Positions 46,514 to 56,317 are shown, numbered from the stretch's first letter. The stretch is DNA of 64,000 bases from Flavobacteriaceae bacterium (GCA_009886755.1 QXYU01000038.1:88000-151999), one strand, 5' to 3'. The notes: a model not told the origin generated them from the letters alone. Translations and numbers: made by a program.

Positions 46514-48070
46514 ATGAAACGAAAGGATCATCTTAAAAAAGCCATCAGTCGAAATAAACCTTGGGATATTGTCATCATTGGAGGTGGCGCATCGGGACTG
46601 GGAGCAGCTGTGGATGCAGCGAGTCGCGGATACAAAACCCTTTTGTTGGAAAAATACGATTTTGCCAAAGGCACTTCCTCCCGAAGCACCAAGCTGGTGC
46701 ATGGGGGTGTTCGTTATCTTCAAAACGGAGATATCTCTTTGGTGGTGGAAGCACTCAAGGAACGAGGGATTATGCGTAAAAATGCACCTCATTTGGTGCG
46801 AGATCTAAGTTTTGTAATTCCTTCTTACGATTGGTGGAACAGTCCCTTTTACGGAATCGGTCTCAAGATTTATGATATGATGGCGGGCAATCTTGGACTG
46901 GGGCCTTCAACGATGTTGGATCGGGAAGAAACGATGGAATTGATTCCCAATGTCAAGAAAGAAGGGCTTCGTGGCGGGGTAATTTATCAGGACGGACAAT
47001 TTGATGATGCTCGGATGGCAGTGAGTTTGGCGCAAACTGCTGCCAATCACAAGGCTTTTTTGGTGAATTATTGCGGAGTGACTGACCTGATCAAAAAAGA
47101 CAATATGATCGAAGGGGTTGTGATCAAAGATGAAATAACACAGACTAGTTACTCCATTGCAGCCAAGGTGGTTGTAAATGCCACGGGGGTCTTTTCCGAT
47201 GACATCATGCAAATGGATCAACCCAAAGCCAAGAAACGTATCAAGCCGAGTCAAGGGGTTCATATTGTTTTGGATAAACGTTTTCTAAATGGCCCACACG
47301 CCATTATGGTTCCCCATACAACAGACGGTCGCGTTCTTTTTGCAGTACCATGGAACGGTTATGTTGTGGTTGGAACGACTGACACGCAGATGGAGGAAAC
47401 CCTGGTGGAGCCTGTGGCCTTGGAAAAAGAAATTGAATTTATTCTCGAAAATGCAGGGGCTTATATGACTACACCCCCGACTCGATCGGATGTTAAAAGT
47501 GTCTTTTCAGGCTTGCGGCCCCTTGCTGCTCCAGATGACGATGGCGCTGCGACAAAGGAAATTTCGCGACACCACAAGGTCATTGTAAGTACTTCGGGTT
47601 TGGTTAGCATTTTAGGGGGTAAGTGGACTACCTATCGCAAAATGGCAGAAGACATCGTCAATACAGCTCAGTCTGTTGGAGGGTTGCCAGAACGGAGTTG
47701 TATTACCCATAATCTTCCGATCCATGGATATGATTATAATTCGGACTGGTCTGATGCTTTGCACGTTTACGGAACGGATATTGAAAAAATCAAAGCCTTG
47801 GATGATCAAGGCAATGATTCTTTGAGTAAAGAAATTTCTTTAACGCCAAATCAAATTCTTTGGGCAGTTCGAGAAGAAATGGCCATGAGTGTGGAGGATG
47901 TTTTGGCACGGCGTACGCGGGCACTTTTTTTGAATGTTGAAGAGTGTATTCGTTTGGCTCCGCAAATCGCAAAGATCATGGCGGATGAATGTGGTTATGA
48001 TTCGGACTGGATCGATCGTGAAGTGAGCTCTTTTTTAACCCTTTGTAACAATTACCGACTGGCAGAATAA
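46514..48070 (+). CDS. glpD: FAD-dependent glycerol-3-phosphate dehydrogenase
   Basis: 518 aa with FAD dinucleotide motif DIVIIGGGASGLGAAVDAASRG. It lies 6 nt downstream of glpK. Confidence 0.9.
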   Translation: MKRKDHLKKAISRNKPWDIVIIGGGASGLGAAVDAASRGYKTLLLEKYDFAKGTSSRSTKLVHGGVRYLQNGDISLVVEALKERGIMRKNAPHLVRDLSFVIPSYDWWNSPFYGIGLKIYDMMAGNLGLGPSTMLDREETMELIPNVKKEGLRGGVIYQDGQFDDARMAVSLAQTAANHKAFLVNYCGVTDLIKKDNMIEGVVIKDEITQTSYSIAAKVVVNATGVFSDDIMQMDQPKAKKRIKPSQGVHIVLDKRFLNGPHAIMVPHTTDGRVLFAVPWNGYVVVGTTDTQMEETLVEPVALEKEIEFILENAGAYMTTPPTRSDVKSVFSGLRPLAAPDDDGAATKEISRHHKVIVSTSGLVSILGGKWTTYRKMAEDIVNTAQSVGGLPERSCITHNLPIHGYDYNSDWSDALHVYGTDIEKIKALDDQGNDSLSKEISLTPNQILWAVREEMAMSVEDVLARRTRALFLNVEECIRLAPQIAKIMADECGYDSDWIDREVSSFLTLCNNYRLAE

Positions 48071-48091
48071 GGATTCTTTTTAGGGAATTCG

Positions 48092-48439
48092 TTATTTGAG
48101 ATAGTAAAACGCCCAGTAGATCAGAATAAACTGAAGCGGGATTCGCATAATTAGAATCCATAAGGAAACGCCTAGACGATTGCCTGGGAAAAGCATGTTG
48201 ATGTGGATAAATAAGATAAAAACAATCAGCATGGCGATGATTCCACACAAAGCGAGACTTCTTGTTTTAGGAAAAAACACACCCAGACCCAAAAGGACTT
48301 CGGCGACACCACTTAGGTAAATGAGAAAGTCATGTGCTGGGAGAAACTTCGGCATTAGGGGTCTATAAAAACCTGTATGGGTGAAATGAAGAATCCCCAA
48401 AACCGTATAAAGGGCTCCCATAATATAAAGTGAATACAT
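48092..48439 (-). CDS. DoxX-like small membrane protein
   Basis: 115 aa with four hydrophobic helices. The family call is weak and by eye only. Confidence 0.55.
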   Translation of the reverse strand: MYSLYIMGALYTVLGILHFTHTGFYRPLMPKFLPAHDFLIYLSGVAEVLLGLGVFFPKTRSLALCGIIAMLIVFILFIHINMLFPGNRLGVSLWILIMRIPLQFILIYWAFYYLK

Positions 48440-48486
48440 AGCTTAGAATTTACATCAGTGGTTACGCAATTATTTAAGACCGATAA

Positions 48487-48518
48487 TAAAAACCCCCTAA
48501 ATCAAATAGGTGGTTTTT
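48487..48518 (-). terminator. putative intrinsic terminator
   Basis: The reverse strand reads AAAAACCACCT-loop-AGGGGGTTTTT (one mismatch) directly after the stop of the 1082-aa gene. Confidence 0.55.
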
Positions 48519-48521
48519 ATA

Positions 48522-51500
48522 TTAGTCGTTACCCTTTATGTATGGGGCTCCAGATTGTTTCAACTTTTTTTCCAATTGGGGCAGCATTTGCTTTGTAATT
48601 ACTTCCAGTTCTGGGCGATATAACGCGATCATTTGCTGAGCAATGGAAAGACTTTGTCGGTGCAAGCCGGTGGGTCCATAAGTAGTCCTGAGACCTCTAT
48701 AGGCAACACTCAGATGCGTTTGAATATTAGGAGGATTTTTTTCGCCCACTTCTTCTCGAGCCGCACTTCCTGTAGTTTTTCGCTCTAACGCAAATAGGGC
48801 TTGATCGATTTTATTGAGATCTTCAACAAACAGCTCCGGACTGGATTCCGCTCGACGGGCGGCCATTTCTAAGGCGGCGGCTTTCTTTTGGGCTTGCGCG
48901 AATTGATCTCGTAAAACAGTCACCTCGCGTGAAACGGCATTATAGTCTTTTCGATAGGCATCAAACGTAGCGTAATCAACTCCTTTTAAAACACTCTCTC
49001 GAATGGGCTTCACCTCAAAATTGACCGATGCTCCTAGAGGGATTATCTGACCGTTTTGTTGGAGATAAAGTTGAGCAGAATAATTGCCAGGGGTTACCAT
49101 CGGTCCACTGGGATTTCGATCACTAACACGGTTATGGTTTACAGCCTGTATGCTTGCATGACGAAGATTCCATGCCAAACGATGGGTTCCTTTTTCGGCT
49201 TTTTGATACAGGTTTCGAATCACATTCCCATCATTGTCTTTGATAGTGAGCCATACTTTTGCAGGGGTTTCTTGGTTTTCTGCATCCAAGCGATTATAGC
49301 CTGGAAAGGGTATGTCACGTCTATTTTTGGAGCGTTCTTTTTCGCTTTCTTGGCGTTGCTGTTTTTGTGTTTTAAAATCATCAGAGAGATGGTAGGTAAA
49401 GACCGCTCCAAAAGCTGGATTTTTTGCGATATAAAAATCGGCTCCCGTATTCCCTAAATTGCTTTTTGGAACAAACCATTTGGCTGTTCTTGGGGTAAAC
49501 AAAGTCCCCTTTTGTTTCAGCACTTCTGGGGTCATATCCCGAAGAGCACTGTAGTCATCTAAGACATAAAAGCCCCGTCCAAAAGAGGCTGCCACAAGAT
49601 CATTTTCTCTTTGTTGAATCACCAAATCACGAAAGCCCATATTGGGGGTTCCAGGAAGTTTGTGCCAATCCACGCCATCGTTTAATGAGGCGTAAATCCC
49701 AAATTCTGTAGCTAAAAAGAAAAGTTCTTTTTTGACAGGGTCCTGAACAATACGCCATAATAGCGTTTGCTTGGGAAGCGAAGTGGATAAGGAAGTCCAG
49801 CTTTGTCCTCGATCGGCACTTTTGTACAGATAGGGATTGAAATCTCCCTCTTTATGATTGTCCAAGACGACATAGACGGTGTTGGGGTCGTGCAAGTCTG
49901 CTTTGATATCATTGACAAATGTTCGTGCGGGGAGCCCCAGTTTTGTTACAGGGATTTGCGTCCATTGTTTCCCTCCATTGGTGGTGATTTGGATAAAACC
50001 GTCATCAGTTCCGGCATAAATCAAACCTTTGGCCAAAGGGGACTCACTCAAGGAGGTAATGGTGTTGTAGTTGGACATGGCGCCCACATCCCAAGCATTG
50101 TCCCAAGACTGTTTTCGGCCCATAATGGGGAGTGTCAGTCTCTCTTCGTTGCGCGTCAGGTCACCCGAAATAGGTGTCCAATCATCCCCGCGATTTTCTG
50201 ATTTCCAAACGCGGTAGGAGGCGAAATAGAGAGTGGCTGGATCGTGTGGAGAAACTACAATCGGGGCATCCCAATTAAATCTCTCGTGGGGGTCTCCTAG
50301 TTGTGCTTGGGGCTGAATGAAGAGTTGTTCGCCCGTTTTTAGATCCACCCGATGGAGTCCCCCCTGCTGGGTCTCGGCATATATCAAATCGTTATACTCG
50401 GGATCTGTAGCAGATTGATGACCATCGGAACCGAGCGTTTTATACCAATGTTTATTACTAATTCCCTGGTATTCGTCGGTTGCAGAAGGCCCTCCTGCCG
50501 AACCGTTGTCTTGGGTGCCTCCAAAAATATGATAGAAAGGGGTAGCATTATTAACAGCTACCTTATAGAATTGCGTAAGGGGAAGATTTTTATGGTAACG
50601 CCAGTTTTTCGCTAGATCAAAACTTTCATAAATTCCTGCGTCGGTACCCAGCATGAGATAATCTGGATCGTCTTTCTTAAATACAATGACATGATTGTCG
50701 GAGTGTTTCTTTTTTTCACTGAGCTGAACAAAGGTTTTCCCTCCGTCTTCTGAGGTCAAAACACGCACATTCATTAGATAAAGGCGATCGAACTTATGGG
50801 GGCTCGCATAAAGTTCTTGGTAGTAATGAGGCCCTGTGGCACTCGACACAGCATTTGACATTTTTTTCCAAGAAGCCCCTTGGTCTGCAGATCGAAATAC
50901 CCCTCCGGTAGTTCGATCCAATTCAATAGCAGCATAGATCACATCTGGATTTTGAGGGGATATGGCAAGTCCTATTTTACCCATATTGGAGGTAGGTAGT
51001 CCGTTTTCTAATTCTTGCCAAGTTTCACCTCCATCAGTCGATTTGTGAATGCCCGATCCAGGGCCTCCACTCATCAAGGCAGCCACGGTGCGATGCCGAT
51101 CCCAAGTAGCTGCATAGAGTATTTTTGGATTTCGTGGATCCACCATGATGTCTGTTGCTCCAGTCCATTGATTATTGCCCAGTACCTGGCGCCATTTTTT
51201 TCCACCATCGGTTGTTTTGTAAACCCCTCGTTGGCCCCCTTTTTTCCAGAGCGGTCCTTGTACAGCGACCCACAGAATATCAGAATTATCAGGGTGAACG
51301 ATTATTTTAGAAATATGCTCGGAGGTTTTCAGCCCTCTGTTTTCCCAGCTTTTACCTCCGTCTTGGGAACGATAAATCCCATCGCCATATGCGACATGGC
51401 GCCCGCCCACATTTTCTCCAGTGCCCACCCAAACGGTGGAAGGATTTTGATGATCAAGCGTCACACAGCCGGTCGAATAAGAACTCTGATCGTCAAAAAG

Positions 51501-51770
51501 TGGTGTCCATGTAGTTCCTGCATTTTCTGTCTTCCAAACGCCCCCGGATCCAACGGCCACATACCAAATGTTGTCATTTTCAGGATGGAAAACAATATCA
51601 GCAATTCGTCCTGATAAAAAAGCAGGACCTACGTTTCTAAATTGGAATGCCTCAAGTGGAAGCTCCTTTTTTTTAGGTTGTTTTTTTCTCCGGCTTTGTG
51701 CATTGACGTCAAAGGAGAAACTAAAAAGCAAAATAGCTATAAGGGGTAATACAAGGTGTTTGCGTTTCAT
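48522..51770 (-). CDS. sortilin/VPS10-like BNR (Asp-box) repeat beta-propeller protein, secreted (paralogue 2)
   Basis: 1082 aa with a signal peptide. Asp-box repeats are [56 protein letters not shown] and SADRGQSW. It is collinear by eye with 20638-23772, including the helical C-terminus. Confidence 0.85.
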   Translation of the reverse strand: MKRKHLVLPLIAILLFSFSFDVNAQSRRKKQPKKKELPLEAFQFRNVGPAFLSGRIADIVFHPENDNIWYVAVGSGGVWKTENAGTTWTPLFDDQSSYSTGCVTLDHQNPSTVWVGTGENVGGRHVAYGDGIYRSQDGGKSWENRGLKTSEHISKIIVHPDNSDILWVAVQGPLWKKGGQRGVYKTTDGGKKWRQVLGNNQWTGATDIMVDPRNPKILYAATWDRHRTVAALMSGGPGSGIHKSTDGGETWQELENGLPTSNMGKIGLAISPQNPDVIYAAIELDRTTGGVFRSADQGASWKKMSNAVSSATGPHYYQELYASPHKFDRLYLMNVRVLTSEDGGKTFVQLSEKKKHSDNHVIVFKKDDPDYLMLGTDAGIYESFDLAKNWRYHKNLPLTQFYKVAVNNATPFYHIFGGTQDNGSAGGPSATDEYQGISNKHWYKTLGSDGHQSATDPEYNDLIYAETQQGGLHRVDLKTGEQLFIQPQAQLGDPHERFNWDAPIVVSPHDPATLYFASYRVWKSENRGDDWTPISGDLTRNEERLTLPIMGRKQSWDNAWDVGAMSNYNTITSLSESPLAKGLIYAGTDDGFIQITTNGGKQWTQIPVTKLGLPARTFVNDIKADLHDPNTVYVVLDNHKEGDFNPYLYKSADRGQSWTSLSTSLPKQTLLWRIVQDPVKKELFFLATEFGIYASLNDGVDWHKLPGTPNMGFRDLVIQQRENDLVAASFGRGFYVLDDYSALRDMTPEVLKQKGTLFTPRTAKWFVPKSNLGNTGADFYIAKNPAFGAVFTYHLSDDFKTQKQQRQESEKERSKNRRDIPFPGYNRLDAENQETPAKVWLTIKDNDGNVIRNLYQKAEKGTHRLAWNLRHASIQAVNHNRVSDRNPSGPMVTPGNYSAQLYLQQNGQIIPLGASVNFEVKPIRESVLKGVDYATFDAYRKDYNAVSREVTVLRDQFAQAQKKAAALEMAARRAESSPELFVEDLNKIDQALFALERKTTGSAAREEVGEKNPPNIQTHLSVAYRGLRTTYGPTGLHRQSLSIAQQMIALYRPELEVITKQMLPQLEKKLKQSGAPYIKGND

Positions 51771-51864
51771 TTTCCTGAATTTTATCTAAAGTACAAAAAC
51801 ATAAAGAAACCGATCATAATGCCTTTTTTAGGCAGTAAAGAATGCTTTTGGGAGGTGTTTGTAA

Positions 51865-52203
51865 TTAATTTAGGGAGGCTTCCCCTTTTTCACCGGTTCG
51901 TATTCGGTAGGCTTCTTCTACGGGAAGAACAAAAATCTTTCCATCCCCAACCGAATCAGTTGCGGCAGATCTGAGGATGGCTTCAACGGTGGGTTGGACA
52001 AATGCATCGTTGACAACGATGGATAAAAATCGTCGTTGTATTTCCGAAGTACTGTAGCTTATTCCACGATATACATGGCCTTCCTTTTCGTTTCCTACTC
52101 CAGTTACGTCCCAATAACTAAAAAAATTGACTTCTACTTCATGAAGTGCTTCTTTGACTTCTTTAAACTTTGATTTCCGAATGATGGCTTCAATTTTTTT
52201 CAT
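51865..52203 (-). CDS. PII-family signal transduction protein (orphan, divergent T-loop base)
   Basis: 112 aa: MKKIEAIIRKSKFKEVKEAL...GVGNEKEGHVYRGISY...TDSVGDGKIFV...YRIRTGE. It is the same length as canonical GlnB/GlnK and collinear with it as I recall the sequence. Confidence 0.88.
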   Translation of the reverse strand: MKKIEAIIRKSKFKEVKEALHEVEVNFFSYWDVTGVGNEKEGHVYRGISYSTSEIQRRFLSIVVNDAFVQPTVEAILRSAATDSVGDGKIFVLPVEEAYRIRTGEKGEASLN

Positions 52204-52248
52204 AGGGTTTGGTTTTTTAGTGTCTTTGCTTTTTGTTGCCCATCGGGA

Positions 52249-53319
52249 TCAGTTCTCCAAGTGTTTTCTTAAAAAAGTAATGCCATTTTTAGAAAATATT
52301 TTCTCGATATCCGTTGCGCTATAGCCACGTTTAGTAAGCAGGGGGTCTAATTTTTGTAAATCAGCAATGGTGTCCAAGTCACTGGGACATTGTTCGTTTC
52401 CAAAGCCGCCGTCCAAATCGGATCCAATCATGACATGATCGGCATTACCCGCTATTTGGCAGATATGATCGATGTGGTTAACAATGGTTTCGATCACCAA
52501 TCCGCTTTCTTTGGGTTGGGTGATGCCGCGTTGCCAATTGGGGAGCATCATCCAAGCGTCAAAAGCCATTCCGATAACGGCACCGCGCTGCAAGAGTGCT
52601 TTGATTTGTTGGTCTTCAAATTGCCGTTCGTTGGGAACCCAGTGGCGGCAATTGCTATGGCTAGCCCAAATAGGGCCGTGATAGACCTCTAGTGTTTCCC
52701 AAAAACTTTGATCGCATAAATGGGTAGCATCTAGAATGAGGTTTAATTCTTGAATTTTTTTGAGTAGCATTTTCCCTTTACTACCGATGCTTCCAGAGGA
52801 GTCTGTTCCAAATGCGTAGGTTCCGGGCCCGTAGTGCGCAGGGCCAATAGCGCGCAACCCTTTTTGGTGTAAGATTTCCAAATGCTCCACGGATACAATG
52901 GAGTCAGCCCCTTCAAGACTCAGAACATAGCCAAGGGGAGTCTCGGAAGGATTGGTTTCCCAAGCCTGCAGATGACTGTCCAGTTCGGTTGTATTTTTGA
53001 TTTGAACAAGTTCGTTTTGAGATTCCATGATTTGATACCAAGCCAGTTGTCCTTGGGTTTGCGCCCAAGCTTGTTCGGGGGAGTTCCATCCCGGGAGGGG
53101 ATTTTCGGGCTTTACATAGCGTGCAATTAAAGTGGCTACACAAAGACCCATATTTCCTTGGCGCATCGCCGGAAAAGACACAGTCCCTCGACCTCGATCG
53201 GGCAAATCGTGCAGGCCTTCCTCTTGTTTACGAATGGCTGCGACAGATAGGCGAAAATCGCGATTCCACTCAAGGGCATTCATGGAAAGGTCTAAATGGG
53301 CGTCGAATAGTAATTGCAT
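52249..53319 (-). CDS. M19 (renal/membrane dipeptidase) family protein, cytoplasmic
   Basis: 356 aa with no signal peptide. M19-like segments are FDAHLDLS (HxD), LSLEGAD, DATHLCDQSF, PIWASHSNCR and IGSDLDGGFG. Confidence 0.8.
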   Translation of the reverse strand: MQLLFDAHLDLSMNALEWNRDFRLSVAAIRKQEEGLHDLPDRGRGTVSFPAMRQGNMGLCVATLIARYVKPENPLPGWNSPEQAWAQTQGQLAWYQIMESQNELVQIKNTTELDSHLQAWETNPSETPLGYVLSLEGADSIVSVEHLEILHQKGLRAIGPAHYGPGTYAFGTDSSGSIGSKGKMLLKKIQELNLILDATHLCDQSFWETLEVYHGPIWASHSNCRHWVPNERQFEDQQIKALLQRGAVIGMAFDAWMMLPNWQRGITQPKESGLVIETIVNHIDHICQIAGNADHVMIGSDLDGGFGNEQCPSDLDTIADLQKLDPLLTKRGYSATDIEKIFSKNGITFLRKHLEN

Positions 53320-53322
53320 ATG

Positions 53323-54432
53323 TTAGGCTCCTAGTTGATAATCTCGTGCTTCAATTTCCCAAAAAGGCCCCAGCTCCCCTTTGATCACCGTATAAGCTTT
53401 GTTGTGTTTGGCCACAGTGGGGCAGATGTGATAGGGGATCGCATAAAATAAATCCCCTACTTTGAAGTTATTGGGTTCTGTGTATTCAATGATTAGATGT
53501 TCCTCGCTTTGTCCTTTATGGAGAGCATTTTCAAGCCCTAGAATTTGCACACGAGGCAAAGGCATTTCAGATGCTAGGGCCTTGTGTCCCAAATCAAAAC
53601 AATAGATGTTTTTGTTGGGTTTACTTATCAATCGAGTGGCCAAAACAGCGGCATGGACAAAAGGGGATTCTTCCCAAATCTTTTGATAACCCAAATCCCA
53701 AAGCAGTGTGGTGCCGGGACTTAGTTTGTTGTTTGTTCGCAGGGCATGGGGGTAAAAGCTCGGAGATCCTCCTGTGATTTGATCGGGAACGGTTCCGCCC
53801 TGCTGCTGAATTTCACAGATGAGTGTTTCCACAGCTTCATAATCGCTATTGCATTTTGCAATGCGCTCTTCTAGCGGATGTGGACGAATATGACCGTCGT
53901 AAATGTGCAGTCCTTGAGCGTTGAGGCACGGATTTTTTTCAACGGCCATATATAAATCCGCTGCCTGTTGGGGAACAATGCCTGTTCGGTTCATTCCGTT
54001 ATTGATGTCTATCCAAAGATTCATCGTTTGATTTGCTGATTTTGCCAAATCAGAAAATAATTGGAGTGAATCGGAATTATCGATCAAGGTTGAAAAAATA
54101 ATTTCCGGATGTGCTTGTTGGGCTGCTAAAAAACGAAGGGCTTTTTCTTGCGTGGGTTGAATGGCTAAAAGAATATGAGCTGCACCACACTGGATGAGCA
54201 TTTCCAGTTCTCCAAGGGTAGCACACTTAAACTGTTGGATGCCTTGAGCCATTTGTTTTTTTACAATGGCTTGCATCTTGTAGGTTTTGACGTGGGGAAA
54301 TAGCCGTTTGGCGTCTCTTGCAATCTGAATCATGGCCTCTATGTTTTGATCAATTCGTTCGGGATATACCAAAAGTGCGGGAGTCATAATGGTGCTTTGG
54401 TCAGTTACGGAATACCAGTTGTCGTTCACCAT
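53323..54432 (-). CDS. D-TA family PLP enzyme (D-threonine aldolase / DSD1-type D-serine dehydratase fold)
   Basis: 369 aa. The alanine-racemase-N-type PLP lysine context is FPHVKTYKMQAI. The C-terminal D-serine-dehydratase-like segment is VGDLFYAIPYHICPTVAKHNKAYTV. Confidence 0.8.
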   Translation of the reverse strand: MVNDNWYSVTDQSTIMTPALLVYPERIDQNIEAMIQIARDAKRLFPHVKTYKMQAIVKKQMAQGIQQFKCATLGELEMLIQCGAAHILLAIQPTQEKALRFLAAQQAHPEIIFSTLIDNSDSLQLFSDLAKSANQTMNLWIDINNGMNRTGIVPQQAADLYMAVEKNPCLNAQGLHIYDGHIRPHPLEERIAKCNSDYEAVETLICEIQQQGGTVPDQITGGSPSFYPHALRTNNKLSPGTTLLWDLGYQKIWEESPFVHAAVLATRLISKPNKNIYCFDLGHKALASEMPLPRVQILGLENALHKGQSEEHLIIEYTEPNNFKVGDLFYAIPYHICPTVAKHNKAYTVIKGELGPFWEIEARDYQLGA

Positions 54433-54438
54433 AGAGTT

Positions 54439-54906
54439 TTAGTTTTCTAATAAAAAGGAAGCCTCGATTTCTACAGCGATATTTTGCGGTAGGTTCATTC
54501 CAACGGCACTACGTACGCCAATGCCATTTTCGGTGCCAAAGACCTCGGCAAATAATTCACTAAAACCATTGATCACGAAGGGGTGGTCTTGAAAAGCCGG
54601 TGTGGCGTTGACCATTCCCAAAACTTTGATAACACGTTTAATTTTTAAATCAGGAGGTGTATTGTTTACAATGGTTGAAAGCATGGTGAGTCCCACTTGT
54701 CGGGCGGCGACTTTGGCTTGATCTTTATCTAAAACAGCCCCTACTTTTCCTTGAATCAAAGAGGCATCTTCCCGAACGGGTCCCTGCCCTGAGATGTAGA
54801 GTTGGTTTTCAACAATCAAGGTTGGACGATAGACCCCTACGGGTTTTGGCGCTGGAGGCAATATCAAGCCCATTTCTTGAATTCGTGCGGCTAAATGTGT
54901 GCTCAT
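54439..54906 (-). CDS. RidA/YjgF-family protein
   Basis: 155 aa with the YjgF-fold pattern LYISGQGP...GKVG and a C-terminal SAVGMNLPQNIAVEIEA. Confidence 0.85.
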   Translation of the reverse strand: MSTHLAARIQEMGLILPPAPKPVGVYRPTLIVENQLYISGQGPVREDASLIQGKVGAVLDKDQAKVAARQVGLTMLSTIVNNTPPDLKIKRVIKVLGMVNATPAFQDHPFVINGFSELFAEVFGTENGIGVRSAVGMNLPQNIAVEIEASFLLEN

Positions 54907-54908
54907 AA

Positions 54909-56225
54909 TTAGAGGAATTGATTTAAAATTAGGACTCCTACAAGACCTGATATTCCGATACTAGTCTCCATTACGGTCCAGGTTGAAAGTGTTTCTTTGA
55001 CACTCAAATTAAAATATTCTTTAAAAAGCCAAAAGCCGGCATCGTTCACATGGGAAAGCATCAAACTTCCGGAGCCAATAGCCAACACCATTAATTCGGG
55101 ACTTACGCCGCTACTTTGAACCAAAGGGAGTAGGATTCCTGCAGTGGTGAGACCGGCAACAGTAGCCGATCCTACGGAAAAACGGATCAATGTGGCAATC
55201 ACCCAGCCGATCAACAAAGGCGAAAGGGAAGTAATTTGAAGTAGTCCTCCGATATAATCACTCACACCGCTGTCAATTAAAATCTGCTTTAGGGCTCCTG
55301 CCCCTGAAATGATTAGCAATACCATGGTAATTCCTGATACGGCCGTGGCATAAATCTTCATAATAGCATCCATGGAATTGCCACGAGCGATTCCTAAGGT
55401 GTAGGTTCCAATCAAAAGAGTAATCAATAAAGCAATAACGGGATTTCCGATAAATTTGGTGATGTTATAGGCAGTGCTGTTTTCCATCATTAGGCCCGAA
55501 AGAAGGGTGGTGAGACCAATTAGGAGTACGGGCAATAAAGCGGTAAGTAAACTATTGGTTAGGCTTGGCAATTCATATGGAGCAAAAGTTTTGGAAGCCA
55601 TGAATTCTTTTAGGGGTTTTGCTTCTACTTTGGGCAGAAAGCGGGTGAGTAAGGGGCCAGAAATCAAAATGGCTGGAATGGCAAGAATAATTCCGTAGAT
55701 AAGAGTCTTTCCTAGGTCGGCTCCAAACATAACGGAAAGGGTTGTCGGAGCCGGATGCGGAGGTAAAAATCCATGGGTAACGGATAGTGCGGCAAGCATG
55801 GGAAGCCCAACACCGATCAGTGAAAGTCCTGTGGCGGAAGCAATAGTAAACACCAAGGGTACCAGTATCACAAAACCCACAGAATAGAACATAGTGATCC
55901 CAACGATGAAACCTGTAAGCATCACTGCTGTTTTGGTGTTTTTGACCCCAAAAATCCGAATAAGACCATTGGTGATTTGCTGTGCAGCCCCACTTTCTGC
56001 GACTAATTTCCCAAGCATGGCACCCAATCCTAAAATGATTATCAAGAACCCTAAGGTGTTGCCAATTCCTTTCTCAATGGATTTTACAAGGACGTCTAGC
56101 GGCATGCCTTGTCCAATACCAATGCTGATTGCTACAAGGACAAAAGCGATAAAGGCATTAAGCCTAAAAAAGACGATAAGAAGAAATAAAAGTAAAATTC
56201 CAAGGGAAACGACAACTAATGGCAT
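54909..56225 (-). CDS. GntP-family permease
   Basis: 438 aa polytopic protein with the GntP-type N-terminus LLFLLIVFFRLNAFIAFVLVAISIGIGQGMP...SIEKGIGNTLGFLIIILGLGAMLGKL. Confidence 0.88.
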   Translation of the reverse strand: MPLVVVSLGILLLFLLIVFFRLNAFIAFVLVAISIGIGQGMPLDVLVKSIEKGIGNTLGFLIIILGLGAMLGKLVAESGAAQQITNGLIRIFGVKNTKTAVMLTGFIVGITMFYSVGFVILVPLVFTIASATGLSLIGVGLPMLAALSVTHGFLPPHPAPTTLSVMFGADLGKTLIYGIILAIPAILISGPLLTRFLPKVEAKPLKEFMASKTFAPYELPSLTNSLLTALLPVLLIGLTTLLSGLMMENSTAYNITKFIGNPVIALLITLLIGTYTLGIARGNSMDAIMKIYATAVSGITMVLLIISGAGALKQILIDSGVSDYIGGLLQITSLSPLLIGWVIATLIRFSVGSATVAGLTTAGILLPLVQSSGVSPELMVLAIGSGSLMLSHVNDAGFWLFKEYFNLSVKETLSTWTVMETSIGISGLVGVLILNQFL

Positions 56226-56271
56226 GGATATATGATCTGCTTGAATGTTAAAGATAACAGCTTTTAGGCAT

Positions 56272-56301
56272 AAAAAAACCCTCTAGTGAAGAGGGTTTTT
56301 T
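56272..56301 (-). terminator. intrinsic terminator (A/T-flanked, potentially bidirectional)
   Basis: A7-CCCTCT-AGTGA-AGAGGG-T6 lies 17 nt after the stop of gene 56318-57091 and 46 nt upstream of the GntP start codon. Confidence 0.85.
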
Positions 56302-56317
56302 GAGATAGTAAAAAGAC

